Part shown: in pieces, positions 9,863 through 18,079 of the stretch
Layout: every line of letters starts with the position of its first letter
How positions within the stretch are numbered: position 1 is the first letter of the stretch
Assembly: GCA_031425655.1 (NCBI GenBank)
Contig: JANPJS010000164.1
Location: forward strand, 1 to 38,375
Length of the DNA stretch: 38,375 nt
Direction of reading: 5' to 3'
DNA from: Abditibacteriaceae bacterium
GTDB lineage: Bacteria > Armatimonadota > Abditibacteriia > Abditibacteriales > Abditibacteriaceae
The notes under the pieces: generated by a model
Database searches by the model: none
Told to the model about the DNA's origin: nothing
The model's input: the letters and a program-made list of their open reading frames with translations, nothing else
Program-made: the position numbers and the translations under genes

Positions 9863-11005
9863 ATGGCGCAGCAAGGGGAAAATGCATTGATTATCGTCGC
9901 GGGGGCACCCACGACGGTCACGAATACGGCAATCGCCGGAATCATAGACGAAGCCGGCAAAGGCATGCACTTGGCCGACATTTACGGCGCGCAATCGGGC
10001 GCCGGCAGCCTGCTCGACGGCAAATTAGTGGATTTAGGCGCGCAAAAGCGCAAAGTCATCGAAGGTCTGCGACGCACTCCCGGCTCGGTTTTGGGCGGAC
10101 GGCCTCGCCAATTCGAGGAAAGCGAACACGAAGCTTTAATCAACGCGCTGCGCGAAAACGAAATCGGCACCGTTTTCGTCATCGGCGGCCTGCCCGCTTT
10201 GGGCGTGCTGCGCTCTTTGCAAAACGCGGCGCAAAGCGCGGACTATGCGCTCAACACGCTCGGCATCCCACTTTCGGCGGAAAACGAAGTCTTGGCCGGC
10301 GACCACACGCCCGGTTACGGTTCAGCCGCGCGCTTTGCCGCCGGAGCCGCGCGCGACGCCGGTTTTGCCGCCTCATCCGGCGAAGAGCCGATTTTGGTCA
10401 TTGAATACTTGGGCGCGCAATGCGGCTGGTTGGCCGCTTCGACGGCTCTGGCGCGCGATTCACAACGCACCGCGCCGCACGCCATTTTAGTGCCCGAAAA
10501 GCCCGTAGACATCGAGCAAATCGTGGACGAAATGCGCCGCGCTTACTTGAAATACGATTATGTCGTCGCCGTCACGACACAGGGCGCCAAAGCGACGGAC
10601 GACACCTCGCTTGACGGCCAATCGCTGCTCAACTTGCTGACCAACCGCCTGAATCTGACGGGCCGACTGGACAAGCCCGGCACCTTAGCGCAAACCACGC
10701 AAGCCTCCCTCGCCCGCGCCGATTCCGACGAAGCCTACAATCTGGGCAGCCTCGCCGTCCGCTTGTGCGAAGACGGCTGCAGCGGCTACTTGATGACTGT
10801 TCAGCGCGACGCTCACGCCGACCGGGGCGACAAAGGCTATCGCTCCATCGAAAGCACGGTGCGCCTCGACCAAGTGCCCGACGCACCGCGCACTTTGCCC
10901 GAAGAATACCTCAACGCAACCGGCACCAACGTCACCGATGCCTTCACCGATTGGGCGCGGCCCCTCATCGGTGGCGCTTTGCCGGAATATACCTCGCTGG
11001 CGTAA
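9863..11005 (+). CDS. Phosphofructokinase (PfkA/Pfp) family protein with degenerate catalytic motifs
   Basis: Family landmarks TPGS.LG, IGG, DHTPGYGSAA, GWLAA, PE and F.DWARPLIG; GGAGG RBS before ATG 9863. Confidence 0.85.
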   Translation: MAQQGENALIIVAGAPTTVTNTAIAGIIDEAGKGMHLADIYGAQSGAGSLLDGKLVDLGAQKRKVIEGLRRTPGSVLGGRPRQFEESEHEALINALRENEIGTVFVIGGLPALGVLRSLQNAAQSADYALNTLGIPLSAENEVLAGDHTPGYGSAARFAAGAARDAGFAASSGEEPILVIEYLGAQCGWLAASTALARDSQRTAPHAILVPEKPVDIEQIVDEMRRAYLKYDYVVAVTTQGAKATDDTSLDGQSLLNLLTNRLNLTGRLDKPGTLAQTTQASLARADSDEAYNLGSLAVRLCEDGCSGYLMTVQRDAHADRGDKGYRSIESTVRLDQVPDAPRTLPEEYLNATGTNVTDAFTDWARPLIGGALPEYTSLA

Positions 11006-11009
11006 ATTT

Positions 11010-11081
11010 ATTCACCACAAAGACACGAAGGCACAAAGAGTATTTAATTCCTCTTTGTGCCTTCGTGTCTTTGTGGTGAAT
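11010..11081. repeat. Perfect 31-bp inverted repeat built from 8-bp units (RCACRAAG); may serve as a bidirectional terminator
   Basis: ATTCACCACAAAGACACGAAGGCACAAAGAG, a 10-nt loop, then the exact reverse complement; between convergent genes. Confidence 0.9.
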
Positions 11082-11581
11082 TACTTTTGCTTGCGCCGAA
11101 ACACATCCGTCGCCAAGTTTGCCACGCGATCTAAAAATAAAATGCCGTCGAGATGATCGAGTTCGTGTTGCACCACGACGGCCTCGAAATCTTCGGTTTC
11201 CAGCGTGTGTTCGGCGCCGTGTTCGTCAAAATAGCGCACCGTAATTTGCATCGCGCGGCGCACGTTCGCCGTGAAATCGGGCAGCGATAAACAGCCTTCG
11301 CGTCCCAATCGTTCGCCGTCTCGCGCGACGATGACCGGATTAACCATAACCATGTGCCCGTGGCTGGCATCCGCGAATTTCTTGTGCTGCGAGGTGTCTA
11401 CAATCGCCACGCGCCGCATCGCGCCGATTTGCGAGGCCGCGATGCCGACACACGCCGGGCTTGCTGCGCGCGTGTCTTCCAAGTCGCGCACTAATTCACG
11501 CAGCGCTTCGCCGAAGATTTCAACCGGCGCGCAAACTTCTTTCAAACGCGCGTCAGGAACGAGCAAAACAGAACGAATCAT
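11081..11581 (-). CDS. def: Peptide deformylase
   Basis: GIAASQIG, EGCLS and QHELDHLDG motifs; start at ATG 11581, after the repeat. Confidence 0.96.
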   Translation of the reverse strand: MIRSVLLVPDARLKEVCAPVEIFGEALRELVRDLEDTRAASPACVGIAASQIGAMRRVAIVDTSQHKKFADASHGHMVMVNPVIVARDGERLGREGCLSLPDFTANVRRAMQITVRYFDEHGAEHTLETEDFEAVVVQHELDHLDGILFLDRVANLATDVFRRKQK

Positions 11582-11584
11582 TTT

Positions 11585-11660
11585 GAGTGACGAGTGACGA
11601 GTGACGAGTGACGAGTGACGAGTGGCAGATTCGTCACTCGTCACTCGTAATTCGTCACTC
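11585..11660. repeat. Heptamer tandem-repeat palindrome (GAGTGAC)6 ... (CGTCACT)4
   Basis: Directly visible; fills the gap between the ACT gene and def. Confidence 0.9.
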
Positions 11661-12193
11661 TAAAGGGTTTCTTCTTCGAGGGCGCGCATCGAAACCGTGA
11701 CGCTGATTTCGCGCGCGGCGGTTTCCAGCGCGGCTTGCAAAGTTTCAGGAGAAAGATCGGGCGGCAACTGCACCTCGAAAATCATCACATAAACCGTGCC
11801 CGCCGACGCAACGCGGCTTTGCACGTCGGTGATGTTAGCTTCGTGGGCCGACAAAACGCCGGTCAGGCGCGCTAAAAGCCCGGCACGCTCAGCGCCATAA
11901 GCCGTAACGATGAAGCGCGGCGCGTCTTTTTCCTGCTCGGACAGCGGCGCTTCGTCGGCAATTTCGCGGCTGCTGAGAAACAGGCCGTGCGAATTTTCCA
12001 GCGGCGCCAGACGCACTTGCAACTGCGCCAGCGAGATTTCGCCCGGCAGTTCTACGATGAGAATCATGGCGAACTCGCCGGCCAGTCGCGTCATCGTGGT
12101 GTCTTCGATATTACAGCCCGCATCCGCGAGAATCGAAGCGACGGCGTGCGCCATGCCCGGACGGTCGGGGCCAACTGCTGTCAAGATTATCAT
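11660..12193 (-). CDS. Tandem ACT domain protein (GcvR-like)
   Basis: ILTAVGPDRPG...GCNIED..M..L.GEF and a second ACT domain GAERAG...ANITD. Confidence 0.88.
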   Translation of the reverse strand: MIILTAVGPDRPGMAHAVASILADAGCNIEDTTMTRLAGEFAMILIVELPGEISLAQLQVRLAPLENSHGLFLSSREIADEAPLSEQEKDAPRFIVTAYGAERAGLLARLTGVLSAHEANITDVQSRVASAGTVYVMIFEVQLPPDLSPETLQAALETAAREISVTVSMRALEEETL

Positions 12194-12200
12194 TTGATTT

Positions 12201-12287
12201 TTAAACACAAAGACACAGAGACACAAAGATTTTCAGATGTTAATTTTAAATCTGTTCTTCTTTGTGTCTTCGCGTCTTTGTGTTTAA
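12201..12287. repeat. 29-bp imperfect inverted repeat of 8-bp ACACAAAG units, same family as 11010-11081
   Basis: TTAAACACAAAGACACAGAGACACAAAGA ... TCTTTGTGTCTTCGCGTCTTTGTGTTTAA; includes the gatB stop codon. Confidence 0.85.
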
Positions 12288-13747
12288 TTCTGCATTTGCT
12301 TTAGCAAGTCGCGCAACAGCGTATTCACCAGAGCCGGATTGGCTTTGCCGCGCGATTCCTTCATCACGCTGCCGACGAGCGAGCCGAAGGATTTCTCCTT
12401 GCCGCCCAAGTAATCGGCGACGGCTTGCGCGTTGGCTTCGAGAACGCGGCGGCAAATCGCTTCGAGTTCGCCGCTATCGCTGATTTGCTCGATGCCTTTG
12501 GCTTTGACAATCGCGCTCGCGTCTTCGCCGGACGCGACCATTTCGTCGAAAACGTCTTTGGCCTGCTTGCCGCTGATGGCGCCCGAATCAATCAGTTTCA
12601 GCAAATCGCGCAGTTGATTCGGCTTTACCAACGCATCCGCGATGGTTTTACTTTGCGCGTTTAAGCGCCCCAAAAGCTCGTTGGCCAGCCAGTTGGCGAC
12701 GGCTTTTGGTTTGTCGTAATCGCTGGCGGCGCTCTCGAAATAATCGGCGATTTCGCGCGTGGAGGCCAGCACTTCGGCATCGTAAGGCGAAAGGCCCAAT
12801 GCTTCTTGAAAACGCTGGCGCCGGGCGCGCGGCAATTCCGGCATCGCATCGCGCACGCGGCCCAGCCACGCTTCGTCAATGTCCAGCGGCACTAAATCGG
12901 GTTCGGGGAAATAGCGGTAATCGTGCGCTTGTTCTTTCGAGCGCATCGGCTGTGTGGTGCCGCTGGCTTCGTCCCACAGCATCGTCATTTGCTGCACGAC
13001 GCCGCCCGAATCGAGTATCTTTTCCTGCCGCGCGATTTCGGCTCGCAGGCTGTTGGAAACCGACTTCATCGAGTTGAGATTCTTCACTTCGACGCGCGTG
13101 CCAAGTTCACTTTGGCCGTGCGGGCGCAGACTGACGCTGGCCTCGAACCGCAGCCGGCCCTGCTCCATTTTGCAATCGCTGACTTCCAAGTAGAGCAGCA
13201 ATTGGCGCAGCGCCAGCATATAAGCTTCGGCTTCTTCGATGCTTCTCATGTCCGGCAGCGACACCAATTCCAAAAGCGGAATGCCGCTGCGATTGAAGTC
13301 CACCAGACTCGAATCAGGGTCGCCGATGGCATCGCCGTGCTGGCTTTTGCCGGTGTCTTCTTCCATGTGAATGTCGTGCATTCCGACGCGCTTGACAACG
13401 GTTTCGCCGCCGTTCGGCACATCAATTTCGATGAATCCGCCTTCGCCCAGCGGCAAAAGGCGCTGCGAAATCTGATAGGCTTTGGGCAAATCGGGATAGA
13501 AGTAGTTTTTGCGCTCGAAAATGCACTTGGTATTGATCTTCGACCCGAACGCCAAAACCGCACGCAGCGAAAGCTCGACGCTCTTTTCATTCAGAACCGG
13601 CAGCGAACCGGGAAAACCCAGACACACCGGGCAAACCGCTGTATTCGGCGGCGCCAGAGCCACGTTCGGACAAGCGCAAAACTGCTTCGATTCAGTCAAC
13701 AATTCGGCATGGACTTCCATGCCGATCACGATTTCGTATTTGGACAT
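12284..13747 (-). CDS. gatB: Asp-tRNA(Asn)/Glu-tRNA(Gln) amidotransferase subunit B
   Basis: IGMEVHAEL, RKNYFYPDLPKAYQISQ, EEDTGKS, DFNRSG.PL.E, MRSKE.AHDYRYFPEPDL and a Yqey-like tail. Confidence 0.98.
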   Translation of the reverse strand: MSKYEIVIGMEVHAELLTESKQFCACPNVALAPPNTAVCPVCLGFPGSLPVLNEKSVELSLRAVLAFGSKINTKCIFERKNYFYPDLPKAYQISQRLLPLGEGGFIEIDVPNGGETVVKRVGMHDIHMEEDTGKSQHGDAIGDPDSSLVDFNRSGIPLLELVSLPDMRSIEEAEAYMLALRQLLLYLEVSDCKMEQGRLRFEASVSLRPHGQSELGTRVEVKNLNSMKSVSNSLRAEIARQEKILDSGGVVQQMTMLWDEASGTTQPMRSKEQAHDYRYFPEPDLVPLDIDEAWLGRVRDAMPELPRARRQRFQEALGLSPYDAEVLASTREIADYFESAASDYDKPKAVANWLANELLGRLNAQSKTIADALVKPNQLRDLLKLIDSGAISGKQAKDVFDEMVASGEDASAIVKAKGIEQISDSGELEAICRRVLEANAQAVADYLGGKEKSFGSLVGSVMKESRGKANPALVNTLLRDLLKQMQN

Positions 13748-13750
13748 GAT

Positions 13751-14050
13751 TTAATCTGCGCCTGTCAGCAATTGGCGCAATCTCCGCCCGGCGTAGCTTT
13801 CCGCGCCGCCGGGATAGGTTTCGATGAGTTCCAACAACTTTGCCTGCTCGTCGCGCGGCAGCGTCCGCACATCGTAATCAAAATGGCGCGAGGGGCCACA
13901 TTCTTCGAGATAGCCGCTATCGAGGAATCGCAACCAAACATTACACGTTTCCACGATGAAATCAGGCACGCGCGCCGCAACAATTAACTCGTTCCATTCA
14001 TGCTGCCAGCGCGCAAACGCTCGCTCTTCGGCGGTGCGACGAAAAGCCAT
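13751..14050 (-). CDS. Hypothetical protein (99 aa)
   Basis: Fills the gap exactly between the UPF0175-like gene and gatB (1- and 3-bp spacing); no family recognised. Confidence 0.65.
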   Translation of the reverse strand: MAFRRTAEERAFARWQHEWNELIVAARVPDFIVETCNVWLRFLDSGYLEECGPSRHFDYDVRTLPRDEQAKLLELIETYPGGAESYAGRRLRQLLTGAD

Positions 14051-14051
14051 T

Positions 14052-14312
14052 TCACGCCAATTCCTCAGCGACCATCGGTGCCGACCAAGGGGGAGCGATG
14101 CCAGCCGCCCGCGCGTGGCGCATCATTTCCGGCTGCGAGACAGCCGCCATTTCCGCTGCACGCGCCAGCGACACCAAGCCACGCTGATAGAGAAGCAACG
14201 ACTCCTGAATCTTCATCTGGGATAGGCCCAAGAGTAGCAATTCGCCCAAATGTTCCCGGTAGGGTTCAAATGCAGAAGCCTGTTCGTCTGGAATTTCCAC
14301 AACTGCTTTCAT
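14052..14312 (-). CDS. UPF0175 family small HTH protein (antitoxin-like)
   Basis: LYQRGLVSLARAAEMAAVS..E......GI matches the UPF0175 pattern. Confidence 0.7.
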   Translation of the reverse strand: MKAVVEIPDEQASAFEPYREHLGELLLLGLSQMKIQESLLLYQRGLVSLARAAEMAAVSQPEMMRHARAAGIAPPWSAPMVAEELA

Positions 14313-14429
14313 CGTATTTCGCCTCGCGTCTCTGGTGGCGCCAAGTCAGAGGAGCCGCCACCTTGTTTCGATGACTATTTCAACCCCGCACGTTGATTGT
14401 GCCGAAAATGCGCCGATTTACGGCACCCC

Positions 14430-14481
14430 AAAAAACTTAACCCCGTTTCCTCCTTGCGCGCAAGGGAGAAAGCGGGGTTAA
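14430..14481 (-). terminator. Rho-independent terminator of the 14500-15183 gene
   Basis: Long hairpin TTAACCCCG...CCTTGC GC GCAAGG...CGGGGTTAA followed by a T run on the minus strand. Confidence 0.75.
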
Positions 14482-14499
14482 ACAAGACAAAACGCGGAG

Positions 14500-15183
14500 T
14501 TACGCGGTTGGCGTGGTGGCTTGGGCAGCTTGCGGATGCACGCGGCGCATTTCGAGGTGGCTGGCGTTTTTCCACGCACTGAGCAACACGGCGTCTTTGG
14601 TGAAGCGGTTTTTGGCGTAGGCGTCCAGTTTCTTGACGAGTTTCACGCCTTTGGCGATCAGCGCGGCGATGGCGAGGACATCCTCGTGACGAGCGCCTTG
14701 ATGCGTATCCTGCTGCGTGTCGAAAGTCTCGGCGGCAACGATGTCGGCCTGTAAATCGGTCAGCACGTCGTCTTCCATGCCGTAATCCACGAGGAGAGTC
14801 ACTAATTCGGCCTCTTCGGAGAGAATTTTCTCCGCTGCCCGCGCCGCGCTGAGGATTTTGTCGTGAGCGCGGCTATCCGGCCTGCGAAACTTGCCGATCA
14901 GTTCGGGACGCTCGTCTTCATGCGCCCGCGCCACACGATCCATGCCGATGAGATCGAACAGCAGCGAGTCGAACACACCGCCCATTTGCGTGGTGACGGC
15001 GCGTGCAAAGCGGTCACTGGTTTCGCTGGTGCCCGCCAGTTCCGCAATTTGCGCCGCGATGCCCTGCAAGGCCGCCACATTCTGCCCGGCGGGCTTGTCG
15101 GCGGGAAAATAGCCGGCATTATTGCCCGCGAACGCCACAATGTGCCCAAACCGATCCTTTTGCGCCGAGTAAATGTCCTTCAC
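14500..15183 (-). CDS. Uncharacterised, probably all-helical protein (227 aa)
   Basis: GTG start at 15183 with a strong RBS (AAAAGGAG) and its own terminator; amphipathic helical pattern. Confidence 0.8.
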   Translation of the reverse strand: MKDIYSAQKDRFGHIVAFAGNNAGYFPADKPAGQNVAALQGIAAQIAELAGTSETSDRFARAVTTQMGGVFDSLLFDLIGMDRVARAHEDERPELIGKFRRPDSRAHDKILSAARAAEKILSEEAELVTLLVDYGMEDDVLTDLQADIVAAETFDTQQDTHQGARHEDVLAIAALIAKGVKLVKKLDAYAKNRFTKDAVLLSAWKNASHLEMRRVHPQAAQATTPTA

Positions 15184-15197
15184 GCCGTTTCTCCTTT

Positions 15198-15392
15198 TGG
15201 TAAGGCCAACCGGATAAAAGTAACGCCCGAATCGCTCAAAGTAACGCCCAACGGACGACAGTAAGGCCTCATCCAACCAAAGTAAGACTGCTTTCAACGC
15301 AAGTCAGCCCCATTCGAGCCACGTCACGCCGCCCACAACGAAAGTCAGATTTCGCCCCGCCAAAGTCAGGCGCAGCGAAAGAAAGTAAGCCA
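15198..15392. repeat. Array of ten AAGT(A/C)A(G/C) motifs with variable spacers, period 20-21 bp
   Basis: The core G lies at 15200, 15220, 15241, 15261, 15282, 15303, 15323, 15344, 15365 and 15385. Confidence 0.85.
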
Positions 15393-15452
15393 CCCAACAC
15401 CGAAAAATCGCTGCATCCAGCCACTTACACCGCCGGATGCCGCGATTTAACC

Positions 15453-16991
15453 CTACTCCGCCTTCGCAAATAATGCGAGGAATAGTCCTTTGCACAACAT
15501 TGGATGGTCGCCTACCGGCACTATGTTGATGTAAATAGGGCGGCCATCTTCCACCACACGCTTCACCGTTGTAGTGATGTCCTTCATAATGGTGGTGCCT
15601 TGTGACTCCTGATAATTGAAGCTGCCAGCATATTGTGGCACTTTGGTCGAGGTGCTTTCGTTGGCGCCGGGGAGGTTGACAAAAATACGAACCTCCAACA
15701 CCTCATCGTCTGCCAGCCCCTTGAATCCCACGCCCGCAACCCGAAGCATAGCCCGGTTTAACGCCGCCTTCCGAAATTGGCCAGCAGGACTCGCGCTTTC
15801 TGATATTACTGGTTTAGCTTTATCGGGGCCAATTTCGATAGGATAGCGCACATCGAAAAGATTTTCGCTCTGCTCACCACGTTGGCCAATTTGCAACTGA
15901 GTTTGGCGTTCATGTCCCTTTTCGGTAACCAAAATCCACATCATTTTGGCTAAGGCGGCTTCCGCCGTCATGTCCATGCCGCTGATGACGCCACGCTCCA
16001 AGAGGCCACTACTGGCCTCATATAATCCCATCTCCACGCCGCCCTGCACACATTGCGTCACGTTGAGCACAACCTTACCGCTATCAATGCTATCCCCTAT
16101 GACACTCACAAATTCCGGCGGGTCGCTGGGCGCATTGCCAGCACCGAAAGTGCGTAAAACTACACCTTCCAAGTCCGGCGACTTCAGCACAGTTTTCAGT
16201 TGTTTAGGCCCCAAGCCGGGAAAGATGCCGATGTCCATCACGTTGGCGTTGAGTTCACGGTGGATATAAAAAGGCGACTGCTCATTGTTGGCGGGAGGCC
16301 GCACCAAGTCTGTATTGATGCGAATATGCTCCCCAATTTCACCCAATCTGGGGTAATTGGGCGAATCAAACCCCCGCATTGATGTCGTGCTGACTTTGGT
16401 TGTGCGGTTGCCACGAAGCAGAGAATCCGCGAAGCAAATCGTCACCTCCGGCACTAACGGCAGTCCCGTCGCTTTGTAGCCCGCGATATAAATGGCGTTC
16501 ACCAAGTTTTGAATAGCGTCGCTGCGAAGTTGAAAAATCGGAAGTTGCGACCCGGTGATTACCACGGGCTTAGCCAAGTTCGCCAACAAAAACGACAACC
16601 CCGAAGCCGTGTAAGCCATGGTGTCAGTGCCATGTAGCACAACGAAACCATCAACGTCGTCGTATTTATCCTCAATGGCTTCCGCCATGTAAACCCAATG
16701 CTCGTGATTGACGTTGGACGAATCAAGCGGCGGGACAGGATTGCCTTTCTTGTCCGTCAAGCCACCAATTTCCCAATAAATCCCCTCTTTCTCGACGTCA
16801 CGGATAAAAGGTTCAAGGCTCTCTTTATTCGCTGGGATCAAAGGGCTGGCTGTGTTGTTTGGGTCACTCGGCACCATTCCAATGGTGCCACCTGTGTAAA
16901 TTATGAAGACCTTCGCCCTCACCGGTGGTTTTGGTTTGGTCTCTACCTGTGCATTGTCAGCCATCACGTCGTTACTCATGGGAACCTCCAA
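15453..16991 (-). CDS. ansA: Type I L-asparaginase with an additional ~130-aa C-terminal domain
   Basis: IYTGGTIGM, LDSSN, HGTDTMAYTAS, TGSQLP, RGNR..K, FGAGNAP and DMTAEAALAK. The start could be ATG 16979 instead. Confidence 0.92.
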   Translation of the reverse strand: MEVPMSNDVMADNAQVETKPKPPVRAKVFIIYTGGTIGMVPSDPNNTASPLIPANKESLEPFIRDVEKEGIYWEIGGLTDKKGNPVPPLDSSNVNHEHWVYMAEAIEDKYDDVDGFVVLHGTDTMAYTASGLSFLLANLAKPVVITGSQLPIFQLRSDAIQNLVNAIYIAGYKATGLPLVPEVTICFADSLLRGNRTTKVSTTSMRGFDSPNYPRLGEIGEHIRINTDLVRPPANNEQSPFYIHRELNANVMDIGIFPGLGPKQLKTVLKSPDLEGVVLRTFGAGNAPSDPPEFVSVIGDSIDSGKVVLNVTQCVQGGVEMGLYEASSGLLERGVISGMDMTAEAALAKMMWILVTEKGHERQTQLQIGQRGEQSENLFDVRYPIEIGPDKAKPVISESASPAGQFRKAALNRAMLRVAGVGFKGLADDEVLEVRIFVNLPGANESTSTKVPQYAGSFNYQESQGTTIMKDITTTVKRVVEDGRPIYINIVPVGDHPMLCKGLFLALFAKAE

Positions 16992-16999
16992 AACTGTGT

Positions 17000-18079
17000 T
17001 TAGTGCTGCTTTGTTGCACTATCCATTTCGCCTACATAAACCGTCGCCATCATCTCACGCACCGTGTCTATGCGCTCTTCCAATGAAACGATGTCTTCAA
17101 CAATCATTTTATCAACTTGGGCCAACACCCAACGAAACTTGGCGACTGCACAAGCCGCTGTCATGTTGCCGGTGGGGATGGCACCCGCCTCAATCGCCGC
17201 TCGACCCGGTGCGTAGGCAGTGTGCAACGTGGCATTCGCGGGGAATTGGCTGGTAATAATAACGGGCTTGTCCATGCTCGTTGCCTCACGAATGACGCTC
17301 TCGAAAGAAAACTCCCCTTCGTTAGGAACATTTCCAGCCCCGAATGACTGTAATATCACACCCTTGCATTTATCATCTGCCAGGCAATTGCTCAATAGCC
17401 CCGGCTCTAATCCAGGGATCAGAGATAGTTGTAGCACCCCATCGGAGAATTCACTTTTCAAATTGATCTCACCACGCTCACCGTTAGCCTTTTTGGTGGC
17501 CAAAGGATTGATGATGATATCCTCGGTGATATAAGCCAAGGGAAAGTAGGCTGGTGACTCAAAAGCATCGAATCGGCGCTCGTCCTTTTTCTGTGCTCGA
17601 CATCCACGAAAGACAAATTCGCCGAATGAAATCACCACCTCCGCAATGTCTTCGGTGGCGACTTTACAAGCTCGCAACAGATTAACGCGTGCGTCACCAT
17701 GGCGAACTTCGGGAATAGTTTGTGATCCCGTAAAGACGACAGGAAATTTGAGATTGGCGCCCAGCGCAAAAGCGACTGCCGATGCTGAAAAGTGCATCGT
17801 GTCCGTGCCATGTGCGATGACGAATCCCTTGTAACCATCACCTTTGCGCTGATAGACAGCATTCGCCATTGCCGCCCAATCATGATGATTGACGTTCGTG
17901 CTGTCCTTGTTCATCAATGGAACGAATTCTAAATCAACAATCTCGTCTAACTCCGGTGCTACGCGGAGAAAATCAGTGGGATCGGAAGGTGGTTTGAGAG
18001 TGCCGTCTGATAGACGGTTCATGCCAATCGTGCCACCTGTGTAAATCAAGCAAATCTTCGGTTTTTTCGCGTCAGTCAT
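17000..18079 (-). CDS. ansA: Type I L-asparaginase (second, divergent copy)
   Basis: IYTGGTIGM, KDSTN, HGTDTM, TGSQ, RGCRAQK, AFESP and FGAGNVP; ATG 18079 overlaps the upstream stop (ATGACTGA). Confidence 0.92.
   Translation of the reverse strand: MTDAKKPKICLIYTGGTIGMNRLSDGTLKPPSDPTDFLRVAPELDEIVDLEFVPLMNKDSTNVNHHDWAAMANAVYQRKGDGYKGFVIAHGTDTMHFSASAVAFALGANLKFPVVFTGSQTIPEVRHGDARVNLLRACKVATEDIAEVVISFGEFVFRGCRAQKKDERRFDAFESPAYFPLAYITEDIIINPLATKKANGERGEINLKSEFSDGVLQLSLIPGLEPGLLSNCLADDKCKGVILQSFGAGNVPNEGEFSFESVIREATSMDKPVIITSQFPANATLHTAYAPGRAAIEAGAIPTGNMTAACAVAKFRWVLAQVDKMIVEDIVSLEERIDTVREMMATVYVGEMDSATKQH

Noticed and set aside
1880..12226. Extended N-termini in the ORF track (1880, 4305, 9770, 9833, 11644, 12226)
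   Set aside because: They are read-through of REP/tandem repeats or of the divergent promoter region; downstream ATGs match family starts.
15198..15392. CRISPR array
   Set aside because: The conserved part is only ~7 bp, the period is ~21 bp, and there are no cas genes in the window.
15184..15495. Longer start at 15297 and the short ORF 15304-15495
   Set aside because: Both run through the non-triplet repeat array; the strong RBS supports GTG 15183.
15453..18079. Asparaginases as true GatD subunits
   Set aside because: They lack the GatD N-terminal domain, no gatE is present, gatA is intact, and their composition is foreign to the gat genes.
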